This document shows positions 37,439 through 45,554 of a stretch of 64,000 nucleotides of DNA, in pieces. The position numbers and the translations under genes are program-made. The stretch is taken from positions 1 through 64,000 of the IMG/VR virus record IMGVR_UViG_3300025398_000635; one strand, written 5' to 3'. The DNA is from a virus (Duplodnaviria > Caudoviricetes). The notes under the pieces were generated by a model. The model was not told where the DNA came from. It searched no databases and was given only the letters and a program-made list of their open reading frames with translations. Position 1 is the stretch's first letter. Each line of letters opens with the position of its first letter.

Positions 37439-37516
37439 TGGTGCCTTGTGGTGGACTCGAACCACCGACCCCTGCGTTATCAACACAGTGCTACTAACCA
37501 ACTGAGCTAACAAGGC
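37439..37516 (-). tRNA. tRNA-Ile(GAT)
   Basis: Loop TTGATAA; CCA. Confidence 0.92.
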
Positions 37517-37520
37517 ATTT

Positions 37521-37597
37521 TGGCGGAACGGACGGGACTCGAACCCGCAACTTCCGCCGTGACAGGGCGGTGCTCTAACCAATTGAACTACCATTCC
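37521..37597 (-). tRNA. tRNA-Asp(GTC)
   Basis: Loop CTGTCAC; CCA. Confidence 0.93.
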
Positions 37598-37603
37598 TAA
37601 TTC

Positions 37604-37687
37604 TGGTGGGCTGTACTGGGATCGAACCAGTCATGCCAGAGGCGTCGGATTTACAGTCCGATGAATCACCATTGATTCTTCCAGCCC
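37604..37687 (-). tRNA. tRNA-Tyr(GTA)
   Basis: Loop CTGTAAA; long variable arm; CCA. Confidence 0.92.
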
Positions 37688-37694
37688 AGATATG

Positions 37695-37900
37695 TATTGT
37701 AACACTCTCTCGCTATGCTGTCAACCGGCCCCGAATGGACGCTCCGATAAGAGAGAGTGTGTAATAAAGCACACTCGTTGAATATGCTTTATTACGCTGT
37801 AATTTTTCACACCACAAAAGGTGCTTCATCCTACAGGCCGCCCATTCGCCCATGTTTTAAGTGCAGGCTAGGATCTCGTTTCCCATACACACTCTACTAC
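37695..37900 (-). ncRNA. Candidate structured RNA (~200 nt) upstream of tRNA-Tyr
   Basis: 10-bp stem 37702-37711/37751-37760; 11-bp stem 37761-37771/37785-37795; ATCCT/AGGAT stem. Confidence 0.5.
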
Positions 37901-37906
37901 TACTGT

Positions 37907-38074
37907 TTAATCTTCAATTTGATGATAAACAGATTCTTTTAGTGACTTGCGATATACATTCGCACGATCTAATTTTTCTTGAATCAGTTTTTGCTTCGCT
38001 TCGGCCGATAGGATATAGGCTTGCTCAACAATCCGTTCATTTAATTTTGTATAATCAATACCTTTATATTCCAT
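37907..38074 (-). CDS. Hypothetical protein, 55 aa
   Basis: MEYKGIDYTKLNERIVEQ...; AAGGAG RBS. Confidence 0.55.
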   Translation of the reverse strand: MEYKGIDYTKLNERIVEQAYILSAEAKQKLIQEKLDRANVYRKSLKESVYHQIED

Positions 38075-38092
38075 TTTAATCTCCTTAAAAGC

Positions 38093-38124
38093 AAAAACCC
38101 CAGGGTTTTTAATCCTGGGGTTCT
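38093..38124 (-). terminator. Rho-independent terminator/attenuator
   Basis: AACCCCAGG...CCTGGGGTT followed by a T run. Confidence 0.7.
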
Positions 38125-38150
38125 GTGTAATCTTATATTGTAAAACTAGA

Positions 38151-38261
38151 CTATACGGAACCCCTCAAACGATCATTACTTAGACCAAAGCATAACACTG
38201 ACCATGTTGGATAGGCCATGTGTTCTATATTGGAAATAATTATCTGTTGTAAGTGTTGCAT
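38151..38261 (-). CDS. Putative leader peptide, 36 aa
   Basis: MQHLQQIIISNIEHMAYPTWSVLCFGLSNDRLRGSV; ATG 7 nt after the -10 box. Confidence 0.4.
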   Translation of the reverse strand: MQHLQQIIISNIEHMAYPTWSVLCFGLSNDRLRGSV

Positions 38262-38268
38262 AATCTTT

Positions 38269-38297
38269 ATTATACTGTCTCTTATATTCGTTGTCAA
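38269..38297 (-). promoter_or_regulatory. Sigma70 consensus promoter heading the tRNA array
   Basis: TTGACA-17-TATAAT. Confidence 0.85.
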
Positions 38298-38363
38298 GTC
38301 TGCCTCGACTTTTTATTTAGCCTTTCGGCGAAATAGTGGTACTTAATATGGTATTTTAGTGTT

Positions 38364-39365
38364 TTATTTTTCTACTAGATTATCTTTAAAAATATTCCAG
38401 CATGACTGCCATGTCCATTTCTTACTATTAAGTTTAACAGTTTTTCGATCTAATGTCAATGCCGTTTGAACTGCTAATTTTAAATCAGTATTCATCGAAC
38501 CTGTGACACCTTCTTCGAGTATATCAATTGGTCCCGGAACCGGGTAACCTGCAACAGGAGTACCGCAGGCCAATGCTTCTATAATAACAATTCCAAACGT
38601 ATCAGTGCGACTAGTAAATACAAATACATCAGCATTGGCATAGTATTCAGCAAGACTGCTCCCTTTTTTTACTCCTGCAAAAATTACATCGGGATACTTG
38701 CTAGCTAGCTCTTTACGATACGGACCGTCACCTACTACAATCTTTGTAGCACTGGGCCAATCTAATTCGCAAAAATCATCTATTCCTTTTTCCTTGCTAA
38801 CACGTCCAACACTTAAGAGTATAGGACGACCTGCTATAGTTTTTCCTCTTAGATTACTTTTAAACACTGTGCGATCTACTCCGCGTGTCCAAGGAACAAC
38901 GTCACCTGTGAATCCATGGTTGCGTAGATCGCCGACCATGGTCTGTGTAGTGGTTAGCACACGACCCGAATGTTTATGGAACCAACGCACATACCAATAG
39001 GTCCATTTTATAGGTATACCATAAAGCTCTTTTAGGAATTCTGGAAACTTTGTGTGATAGCTGGTATTGTATTTGTAACCTTTACGATCACAGTATACGC
39101 GAGCAGCAAACCCTAAGGGGCCTTCTGTGGCAATGTGAATATAATCCGCATCCATCGCCTCAATCTTCTTGCCCATCGATCGGGGGAACGAGAGTTTAAC
39201 TTCAGGATAGCCAGGGCAATCAATATAACTGAACTGCCCGGGATCAAGATATACAATATTATAGCCACTATCGCTAGCCAGAGTTTCGATGCTTTTGAAA
39301 GTTGTGACCACTCCATTAACTTGATCTCTTAAATTGTCAGTTACTATCAGTATCGTCTTGGGCAT
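38364..39365 (-). CDS. GT4 glycosyltransferase (Agt-like glycolipid synthase)
   Basis: ILIVTD..QVNGVV; HIATEGPLG; SYHTKFPE; VGRVSKEK; DTFGIV.IEALACGTPV. Confidence 0.85.
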   Translation of the reverse strand: MPKTILIVTDNLRDQVNGVVTTFKSIETLASDSGYNIVYLDPGQFSYIDCPGYPEVKLSFPRSMGKKIEAMDADYIHIATEGPLGFAARVYCDRKGYKYNTSYHTKFPEFLKELYGIPIKWTYWYVRWFHKHSGRVLTTTQTMVGDLRNHGFTGDVVPWTRGVDRTVFKSNLRGKTIAGRPILLSVGRVSKEKGIDDFCELDWPSATKIVVGDGPYRKELASKYPDVIFAGVKKGSSLAEYYANADVFVFTSRTDTFGIVIIEALACGTPVAGYPVPGPIDILEEGVTGSMNTDLKLAVQTALTLDRKTVKLNSKKWTWQSCWNIFKDNLVEK

Positions 39366-39437
39366 CTTTGTTTATAAAATAATTTAAAAAACTAGCAACT
39401 ACTAATACTATGGCAAGACCTAAAATAAAATATCCCA

Positions 39438-40322
39438 TTATTGTATCCTAAATTTAACGTACTCTGTTATTATATCTGCTACATCTACTGAACAGTATTT
39501 TTCAAACCCACTGAATCCAGGATTTGAATTAGCTTCACATACACGGAATCCACGCTTGTCAAATAATAGATCGACACCAGCAATGTCTAGATTTAAGGCA
39601 CGAGCAGTTTCACGAGCTAGATATTCTATTTCTTCAGTTAAGGGATAGTTCTCTCCAGTACCACCATTTGTGATATTAGCACGGAAATCACCATCGGGCG
39701 CTGTACGCTTCATAGCCCCGACGACCTTGCCACCGATAACCAACACACGTAGATCTTCTCCAGGATGATCATTTAGATATTCCTGTACAACCATGGTTTT
39801 CTTATTGCCTAGGTTGTCAATAAATTCCATTAGTTTTTTGTAGTCACGCTTCTTTTCGCAGAGATAAACACCTTCACCATATGATCCAGTAACAACTTTG
39901 ACCACGCAAGGAAACCCAATATTATTTTCTACAAGATGATCGTCGATAGGTAATCGTACCATCATAGTGTTGGGAATAGCGATACCGGCACGACTTAAAA
40001 TCTGACTAGTACGTAATTTATCTTTAACTGTTTCTATTGGTAATGATCCGTTGATACAAGGAACACCAGCTTGTTCAAAATGTCTAACAACTGCTAATTG
40101 GAACGGCAGTATACCAGCACCTAACCTTACTAATACTAGTTTAGGTAGTTCCATATCTTGACCTTGATACTTAATGCCCTTATGGATATCACGGTCGACG
40201 ATGATATCAAAATCATCAGGATGACACATGCGAGCTGTAATGCCCTTGGCTGCAAAACTTTCTACTAGTCTATTTGATTCGTATTCGTTACGATCAAGTT
40301 TAGTTAGGATTATTACGGTCAT
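39438..40322 (-). CDS. rimK: RimK-family ATP-grasp ligase
   Basis: KDKLRT, VVKVVTGSYG.GV, QEY, DLRVLV, FRAN, GVDLL, CEANSNPG. Confidence 0.85.
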   Translation of the reverse strand: MTVIILTKLDRNEYESNRLVESFAAKGITARMCHPDDFDIIVDRDIHKGIKYQGQDMELPKLVLVRLGAGILPFQLAVVRHFEQAGVPCINGSLPIETVKDKLRTSQILSRAGIAIPNTMMVRLPIDDHLVENNIGFPCVVKVVTGSYGEGVYLCEKKRDYKKLMEFIDNLGNKKTMVVQEYLNDHPGEDLRVLVIGGKVVGAMKRTAPDGDFRANITNGGTGENYPLTEEIEYLARETARALNLDIAGVDLLFDKRGFRVCEANSNPGFSGFEKYCSVDVADIITEYVKFRIQ

Positions 40323-41077
40323 TAATCATGTCCTTTCGTCCATGTAATTATCTCCCAACGACCATCATGGTGTTCAACTAAGGCCGTCATTGACTCTACC
40401 CAGTCACCGTCATTCATGTATGTAACACCATCGATATCTTTAATTTCTGCGTGATGTATGTGTCCACATATTACACCATCAAATCCACGTTTTTTACAGT
40501 AAGCGGCTAGATTACGTTCAAATTGAAACATAAAGTCTGCGGCCTTCTTAACTCTGTTCTTGAGATACTTACTCAAACTCCAATACCCGAGCCCAAGTTT
40601 ATGCCTAACAAAATTAAATCTGCTGTTCCAATCTAACACCAGGTCATACAACTTATCGCCTAAAAATGCTAGCCAAGGAGCAAGACGAGTAATGCCGTCG
40701 AACAAGTCCCCGTGAGTTACAAGGTAATGTTTACCGTCTAGTCCTATATGTTCTGTTTGATTGACTATTTCAACTTGTCCGAATCCTAAACCATAAGGAA
40801 TAAGTGGACGTAAAAATTCATCATGATTACCTGCTACATATATTACTCTTGTACCTCGCTTGGCATGACCTAGGATACGACGTATGGCATTTGAATGACT
40901 TTGTTTCCAACGCCACTTGTTTTGTTGGATCTTCCAAGCATCGATAATGTCGCCTACAAGGTAAAGTGTTTCACAGGTGTTGTGTTTGAGAAAGTTGTTG
41001 AGCTCTTCAGCTTTGCAGTCTCGAGTACCGAAGTGTATGTCCGAGACGAAAATACTGCGATATGTAGTTGGTTTCAT
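40322..41077 (-). CDS. plcP: LpxH2/PlcP-like metallophosphoesterase (phospholipase C)
   Basis: SDIHFGT, LYLVGDIID.W, GNHDE, HGDLFD, CGHIH, NDGDWVES.TALVE. Confidence 0.75.
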   Translation of the reverse strand: MKPTTYRSIFVSDIHFGTRDCKAEELNNFLKHNTCETLYLVGDIIDAWKIQQNKWRWKQSHSNAIRRILGHAKRGTRVIYVAGNHDEFLRPLIPYGLGFGQVEIVNQTEHIGLDGKHYLVTHGDLFDGITRLAPWLAFLGDKLYDLVLDWNSRFNFVRHKLGLGYWSLSKYLKNRVKKAADFMFQFERNLAAYCKKRGFDGVICGHIHHAEIKDIDGVTYMNDGDWVESMTALVEHHDGRWEIITWTKGHD

Positions 41078-41324
41078 GCCAATATTTATCGCTAGTTATT
41101 CTAGTGCTATATTACATTTATTTTACAGCTTCAGTATGTTTGTGATCAAGACTTTTCTTTAGTAGTTTGAACCAGATCTTTTTGGCTTTCTCGAGATTGT
41201 GTTCAATTTCGGCCTTGTATAATTTCATAACTAGTTTTTTAACTTTCATGATTGACTCCTCTTTGTAATCAAAGTGTAACATATTATTTACTCAATGTCA
41301 AGAAATAAAAGATTACAGTCAAAA

Positions 41325-41346
41325 GAAATGGAACCGAAGTTCCACT
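41325..41346 (-). terminator. Rho-independent terminator
   Basis: TGGAAC-TTCG-GTTCCA-TTTCTTTT. Confidence 0.75.
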
Positions 41347-41403
41347 GTGGATTACGGATCCCACGACACCTTATTTTGTGCCCGCATTTTATTTAGCGTG
41401 TGA

Positions 41404-41541
41404 TCAGAATTCCAGTGTTACTAATTCATAATCCGATTTGCTAACACCGCATTCTGGACAACATACATCATCTGGTAAACTGTTATAGTCTTCTACTGAT
41501 AAAATATGTCCACATACTACACAACGATATACCTGTTCCAT
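41404..41541 (-). CDS. Rubredoxin, 45 aa
   Basis: Hand translation MEQVYRCVVCGHI...CCPECGVSKSDYE; TAATG coupling to rubrerythrin. Confidence 0.8.
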   Translation of the reverse strand: MEQVYRCVVCGHILSVEDYNSLPDDVCCPECGVSKSDYELVTLEF

Positions 41542-41990
41542 TATAGGGTCTCCTTTACTTTTTGATATGCTTCTGCATGACGCTTCTCAACTTTAGCCAG
41601 CGCGGCAAAACGTTTTTCAGCTTTGGCCAACACTTGAGCAAATTGATCAGCATGTTCTTTTGATTCATCAATTTGATGTTGTGCTTCGACGGCAGCTTGT
41701 TGATTACCTTCTTCAACTGCTTCTGCTAACATTGTTGGATACATGTGAGTATATTCTTCAGTCTCACCATCAATAGCCAACTGTAGACATTCTTTAGTTG
41801 AAGGTTTACCAATTAGTAATTCTAAGTGACCCCAAGCATGCAGGATCTCTTGATCTGCTGTGTGTTCAAAATGTTTAGCTACATCTTCAAAACCTTCTTC
41901 TCGAGCAATTTTTGCAAAATAGCGATATTTGATGTGTGCCTGACTTTCACCAGCAAGTGCATCTGCTAAATTTTTAAGTGTGATAGACAT
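41541..41990 (-). CDS. Rubrerythrin (ferritin-like di-iron domain)
   Basis: ALAGESQA..KY..FAKIAREEG; QE..HA; GE.EE..HMYP; ES.EHA. Confidence 0.9.
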   Translation of the reverse strand: MSITLKNLADALAGESQAHIKYRYFAKIAREEGFEDVAKHFEHTADQEILHAWGHLELLIGKPSTKECLQLAIDGETEEYTHMYPTMLAEAVEEGNQQAAVEAQHQIDESKEHADQFAQVLAKAEKRFAALAKVEKRHAEAYQKVKETL

Positions 41991-42082
41991 AATATCTCCT
42001 TTGTGTGTAATGTCTGTAATAACTCAGTACTAATACTGATATGTTATTGTAATAGTATTTACTAATAAGATCAAGCATTTTA

Positions 42083-42131
42083 ATTGATTTTTTCAATAAT
42101 TATTTTAATAACGGTAATTGATTTTTTTAAT
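42083..42131. promoter_or_regulatory. Candidate LysR/OxyR-type operator repeats
   Basis: ATTG-N7-CAAT (42083-42097) and ATTG-N7-TAAT (42117-42131). Confidence 0.35.
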
Positions 42132-42141
42132 AACGAAATTG

Positions 42142-42167
42142 AAAAAGAAACCCGCCGAAGCGGGTTC
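42142..42167 (-). terminator. Terminator after tmRNA coding piece
   Basis: AACCCGC-TTCG-GCGGGTT followed by TCTTTTT. Confidence 0.85.
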
Positions 42168-42174
42168 TGCTATT

Positions 42175-42530
42175 TTGGGTGACAAGGTATAACTACCTCG
42201 CAAGTGCAGTTTCTTAGGCTGCTAGTGCAAATGCGTCGTCGTTAAGAGCGACATCAACTTGCATGTACTTGAATGTATTTGCTTTTGCATTTACGATATT
42301 TGCTTGATTTACAGTCATCGCCTACTCTGTTGCCTCTTTCGCTATCTCACCATGTCGAAACCTTGTCATCCCCATCATAAAGATACATATCGCATAGTTT
42401 ATAAAACAGGCTATGCCCCACATATACTGCCAGTGCCAGTTTTCAAACATACTATATCCTTATGGTGGAGATGCCGGGAATCGAACCCGGGTCCACAGTG
42501 CCTTCACTACGAAGGAATTACAACAATTCT
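42175..42530 (-). ncRNA. ssrA: Circularly permuted (two-piece) tmRNA
   Basis: Acceptor piece ends GGTTCGATTCCCGGCATCTCCACCA (42463); 89-nt spacer; coding piece begins GGGGATG..TTCGAC (42373); G3.U70; tag 42288-42214 AKANTFKYMQVDVALNDDAFALAA*. Confidence 0.9.
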
Positions 42531-42605
42531 TTACTTACGCTTTTTCAACGTTCTGCGGGCAGTTGCCTTAACAGATCGTGAATGATGCGCACGAAACTTT
42601 GCCAT
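42531..42605 (-). CDS. Arg/Lys-rich micropeptide C, 24 aa
   Basis: MAKFRAHHSRSVKATARRTLKKRK; TAATG overlap. Confidence 0.6.
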   Translation of the reverse strand: MAKFRAHHSRSVKATARRTLKKRK

Positions 42606-42706
42606 TACTTACGTTTGGCACCACGACTTGCCATAGTTTTTAAACTTTTAGCTCGTGGTGGTTTTTTACCTTTTAAAATCTGACTTACTCTACGTGGACT
42701 GGGCAT
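42605..42706 (-). CDS. Arg/Lys-rich micropeptide B, 33 aa
   Basis: MPSPRRVSQILKGKKPPRAKSLKTMASRGAKRK; TAATG overlap. Confidence 0.6.
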   Translation of the reverse strand: MPSPRRVSQILKGKKPPRAKSLKTMASRGAKRK

Positions 42707-42777
42707 TATCTGCTCCTTGCTTTACGAACTGCTCGCATTGCACGTGCCCGCATAGTTTTTGGTTTTCCTCTTGCCAT
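42706..42777 (-). CDS. Arg/Lys-rich micropeptide A, 23 aa
   Basis: MARGKPKTMRARAMRAVRKARSR; AAGGAG RBS. Confidence 0.6.
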   Translation of the reverse strand: MARGKPKTMRARAMRAVRKARSR

Positions 42778-42961
42778 TTTGCCTCTCCTTTAAAAGTCAA
42801 CCCAATCCTTAAGCTCTATAAGGGCATATACTATTATTGCCGCAAAGATCATTAAGGCTATCATTAACATAATGTATTTATTATAGCATCTTTTAATTTA
42901 GATAGCAATGATTTTGAGTAATAGTAGCATAAATACTTGTACAACCGGGAGCGAATCGGAA

Positions 42962-43243
42962 ATGGGCGAAATTTTCAAAATTATCGGGGATCTAGGATTC
43001 CCTGTCGCGGCTGCAATGGCTGGCGGCTATTTTGTTTTCTTAACTATCAAACTACTTTTGGGCGGAGTTTTAGGCTCAGTAAAAGGCATGGCTGGTATTA
43101 TCACAGCACTTGATAATCGTGTAAAAACCATGAATCACGATGTAATACGTATCGATACAGTAGTATCAAACGCACTTGGACTACGTCCAGATGTAGATCG
43201 TATTGCTCGTGCAGATGGTAAGAACGATGCAAGGAGAGACTGA
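42962..43243 (+). CDS. Small membrane protein, holin-like (paralog of 45242)
   Basis: GFPVAAAMAGGYFVF transmembrane segment followed by a coiled coil; ATAAATA upstream. Confidence 0.5.
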   Translation: MGEIFKIIGDLGFPVAAAMAGGYFVFLTIKLLLGGVLGSVKGMAGIITALDNRVKTMNHDVIRIDTVVSNALGLRPDVDRIARADGKNDARRD

Positions 43244-43431
43244 TGAAATACTACGATTATGAGTGGGATTTAGAACCCAACAGAATACTACTAGATGAAG
43301 AACTTAATGTAGATGCACTAGGTTGGAAAGGTGGCGATTATTTTAAGTTAGTCAATCGCAACGGCAGATCTATGTTAGTAAAAGTAGACCCGATAGAAGT
43401 TTTTTCAAAAGGATATAAAGTAAATGAATAA
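43243..43431 (+). CDS. Hypothetical protein (AbrB-like features)
   Basis: LGWKGGDYF; coupled to neighbours. Confidence 0.5.
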   Translation: MKYYDYEWDLEPNRILLDEELNVDALGWKGGDYFKLVNRNGRSMLVKVDPIEVFSKGYKVNE

Positions 43432-43582
43432 ATGGCAAGCATGGTGGGACAGTTTAGATCCCAACACACAAAAATATTTAAACAATCAACCACTATGGAA
43501 AGATGCTGATCTAGCAAAAGTTGCAGTGGGATCATTTTTTCTAGGTTTTCTACTTTGTCTAGCAATGACAGGTCAACTATAA
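43424..43582 (+). CDS. Small membrane protein, 52 aa
   Basis: MNKWQAWWDSL...GSFFLGFLLCLAMTGQL. Confidence 0.45.
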   Translation: MNKWQAWWDSLDPNTQKYLNNQPLWKDADLAKVAVGSFFLGFLLCLAMTGQL

Positions 43583-43591
43583 GGAGCAATC

Positions 43592-44152
43592 ATGAGTTTA
43601 TTAGACAGTGCATTAAATTTAATCAGTAAAGGTCGCAAAGAACCATTAACAGGATCACGTTCAGAACGTGAAGCAAAGATCAAAGACAAAGCCGGTATGG
43701 TTATCAACGTGTTTGCTGCCTTGTTGGCATTTAACACAGTAATCAGCGGCGGGTTAAGTTCAACAGTAATGAACAATACTATTAAAGCAAACGATCTTTG
43801 GAACTTTTATCAAGCCAAAAGCATCAAGCAAACACAATATGAACTAACTGCATTAACAGTTAAAGATCCTGTATTGGCAAAAAAGTTTAGCGACAAAGCC
43901 GCTAGTTATGAAGATGGCGACGAAGGTAAAAAAGCCTTGTACGCCACTGCTAAAAAATTAGAAGCAGAACGTGACTTGGCCAAAAAGAAATCGCCATGGA
44001 TTGGCTACGCAAGCACAGCATACCAACTGGCAATCGTATTACTATCCGCTAGTATTTTAGCAGTGCGTATGGAATTATTTTGGAGCAGTTTCCTTGTTGC
44101 AGGTATAGGTGTTATACTAATGAGCCAGGGACTTTGGTTGTGGCTACCTTAA
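43592..44152 (+). CDS. DUF4337-like membrane protein
   Basis: NDLWNFYQAKSIK; LAIVLLSASIL. Confidence 0.6.
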   Translation: MSLLDSALNLISKGRKEPLTGSRSEREAKIKDKAGMVINVFAALLAFNTVISGGLSSTVMNNTIKANDLWNFYQAKSIKQTQYELTALTVKDPVLAKKFSDKAASYEDGDEGKKALYATAKKLEAERDLAKKKSPWIGYASTAYQLAIVLLSASILAVRMELFWSSFLVAGIGVILMSQGLWLWLP

Positions 44153-45231
44153 CACTTGTAATTCAAAATAATATGATTGGTTGTAAATTTCATGGGGATC
44201 ATGGCCCTATGAATATTCATATAGAACCTCAACCTTTACCTATTGCACAAGTAATACCCCAGCCCATGCCTTTTGTAACTGATCTATCTGTTGTAACCGA
44301 GGAAGAAATTGTGAATCAAGATACTATATTAACATATTACGAAACATTAAGTATAACCGATCGTAAGACATTGCGTGATGCACTAGCCGCTGATGAAATA
44401 ACTATCCTAGCCCAAGAACGAGAAGCCGCAAGGTTAGCTCGAATTGCCTTGGGTGTCCCAACTGGGCTAGAGCCAGAGCTTGCTGGTAAAAGTGCCTATC
44501 AAATCAAACAAGACTATCCAGATAGTCCAGATGGAGTATATTGGATACAGAATGATGATATCAACAACGGTCAACCCTTCCAAGTCTACTGCGATATGAC
44601 TACCTTAGGTGGTGGTTGGACTTTAGTATTACAAAACAACGTAGGCGAAGGTTGGACTCCAGAACTAGCATTATCACGTAACGCACTAACTCCACCTAGC
44701 ACACTAGTCCCAGAAGGTCAATATATGACTAACAACGGCGCTGATGCTTACAGCATATATGGTTGGGCTGATAAGATTAAAAGATCAGCATCAGGCTTTG
44801 ACTATATGATTGATGCGTATGCTCGAGGACACAATGGTGGTGCATGGACAGTTAATCAAGAGTATAACTTTATTGATGACGCTGACTCTACAACTGACTG
44901 GGGCGCCACGGACGATGTTAGAGGCAGTGATGGTTTCCACCAAGATATTACTGAAATTGTCAAGTTCCCTACAGGCAGTTCAAACGGTACGGGTACTTGG
45001 GACTACGATAATCAAAGTATGGAACACCGCATGCCTTGGTTTGCCGATACTCGTACATTCAGTGTTGGACAAGCCCTAATCACTACCACACACAAAGATG
45101 ATTACTCTTGGTGGGGCACACTGGTAACTTGGGGCGGTGGTTGGACTCCAGCACCGTGGATGGCTAGTAATACATCAAACAGCGATCGTGATGTTAGCCA
45201 GCCACAAGTAATATGGTTATGGGTAAGATAA
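44080..45231 (+). CDS. Fibrinogen-like domain protein (start uncertain)
   Basis: SAYQIK..PDGVYWI..VYCDMTTLGGGWTLV. Confidence 0.75.
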   Translation: MEQFPCCRYRCYTNEPGTLVVATLTLVIQNNMIGCKFHGDHGPMNIHIEPQPLPIAQVIPQPMPFVTDLSVVTEEEIVNQDTILTYYETLSITDRKTLRDALAADEITILAQEREAARLARIALGVPTGLEPELAGKSAYQIKQDYPDSPDGVYWIQNDDINNGQPFQVYCDMTTLGGGWTLVLQNNVGEGWTPELALSRNALTPPSTLVPEGQYMTNNGADAYSIYGWADKIKRSASGFDYMIDAYARGHNGGAWTVNQEYNFIDDADSTTDWGATDDVRGSDGFHQDITEIVKFPTGSSNGTGTWDYDNQSMEHRMPWFADTRTFSVGQALITTTHKDDYSWWGTLVTWGGGWTPAPWMASNTSNSDRDVSQPQVIWLWVR

Positions 45232-45241
45232 GGAGTAAGAT

Positions 45242-45553
45242 ATGGATTATGTAGAACTAGTCAACAAATACGGATTTCCTATAATCATGGCCATCGGTAT
45301 GGGCTACATAATCCATTATGTATGGGAGTGGTGTACTAAAGAAGTTAAGCCAGTATTATCAGATGCCAATACAGTTCTTATCGCTCTCATTGATCGCATT
45401 CGTATGCTGGACAACGATCTAATCCGTTTAAATCAAAAGGTCAATACTGTACTGCATCTACGTGGTAAAACTATTGATCACGAGCGTGTGGTTGCAGAAA
45501 TGACCATCAACAAATCAGAAGATGACAATGTTGCCTCTGGGGGTAACGACTAA
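45242..45553 (+). CDS. Small membrane protein, holin-like
   Basis: YGFPIIMAIGMGYIIHYVW; DRIRMLDNDLIRL. Confidence 0.5.
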   Translation: MDYVELVNKYGFPIIMAIGMGYIIHYVWEWCTKEVKPVLSDANTVLIALIDRIRMLDNDLIRLNQKVNTVLHLRGKTIDHERVVAEMTINKSEDDNVASGGND

Positions 45554-45554
45554 A

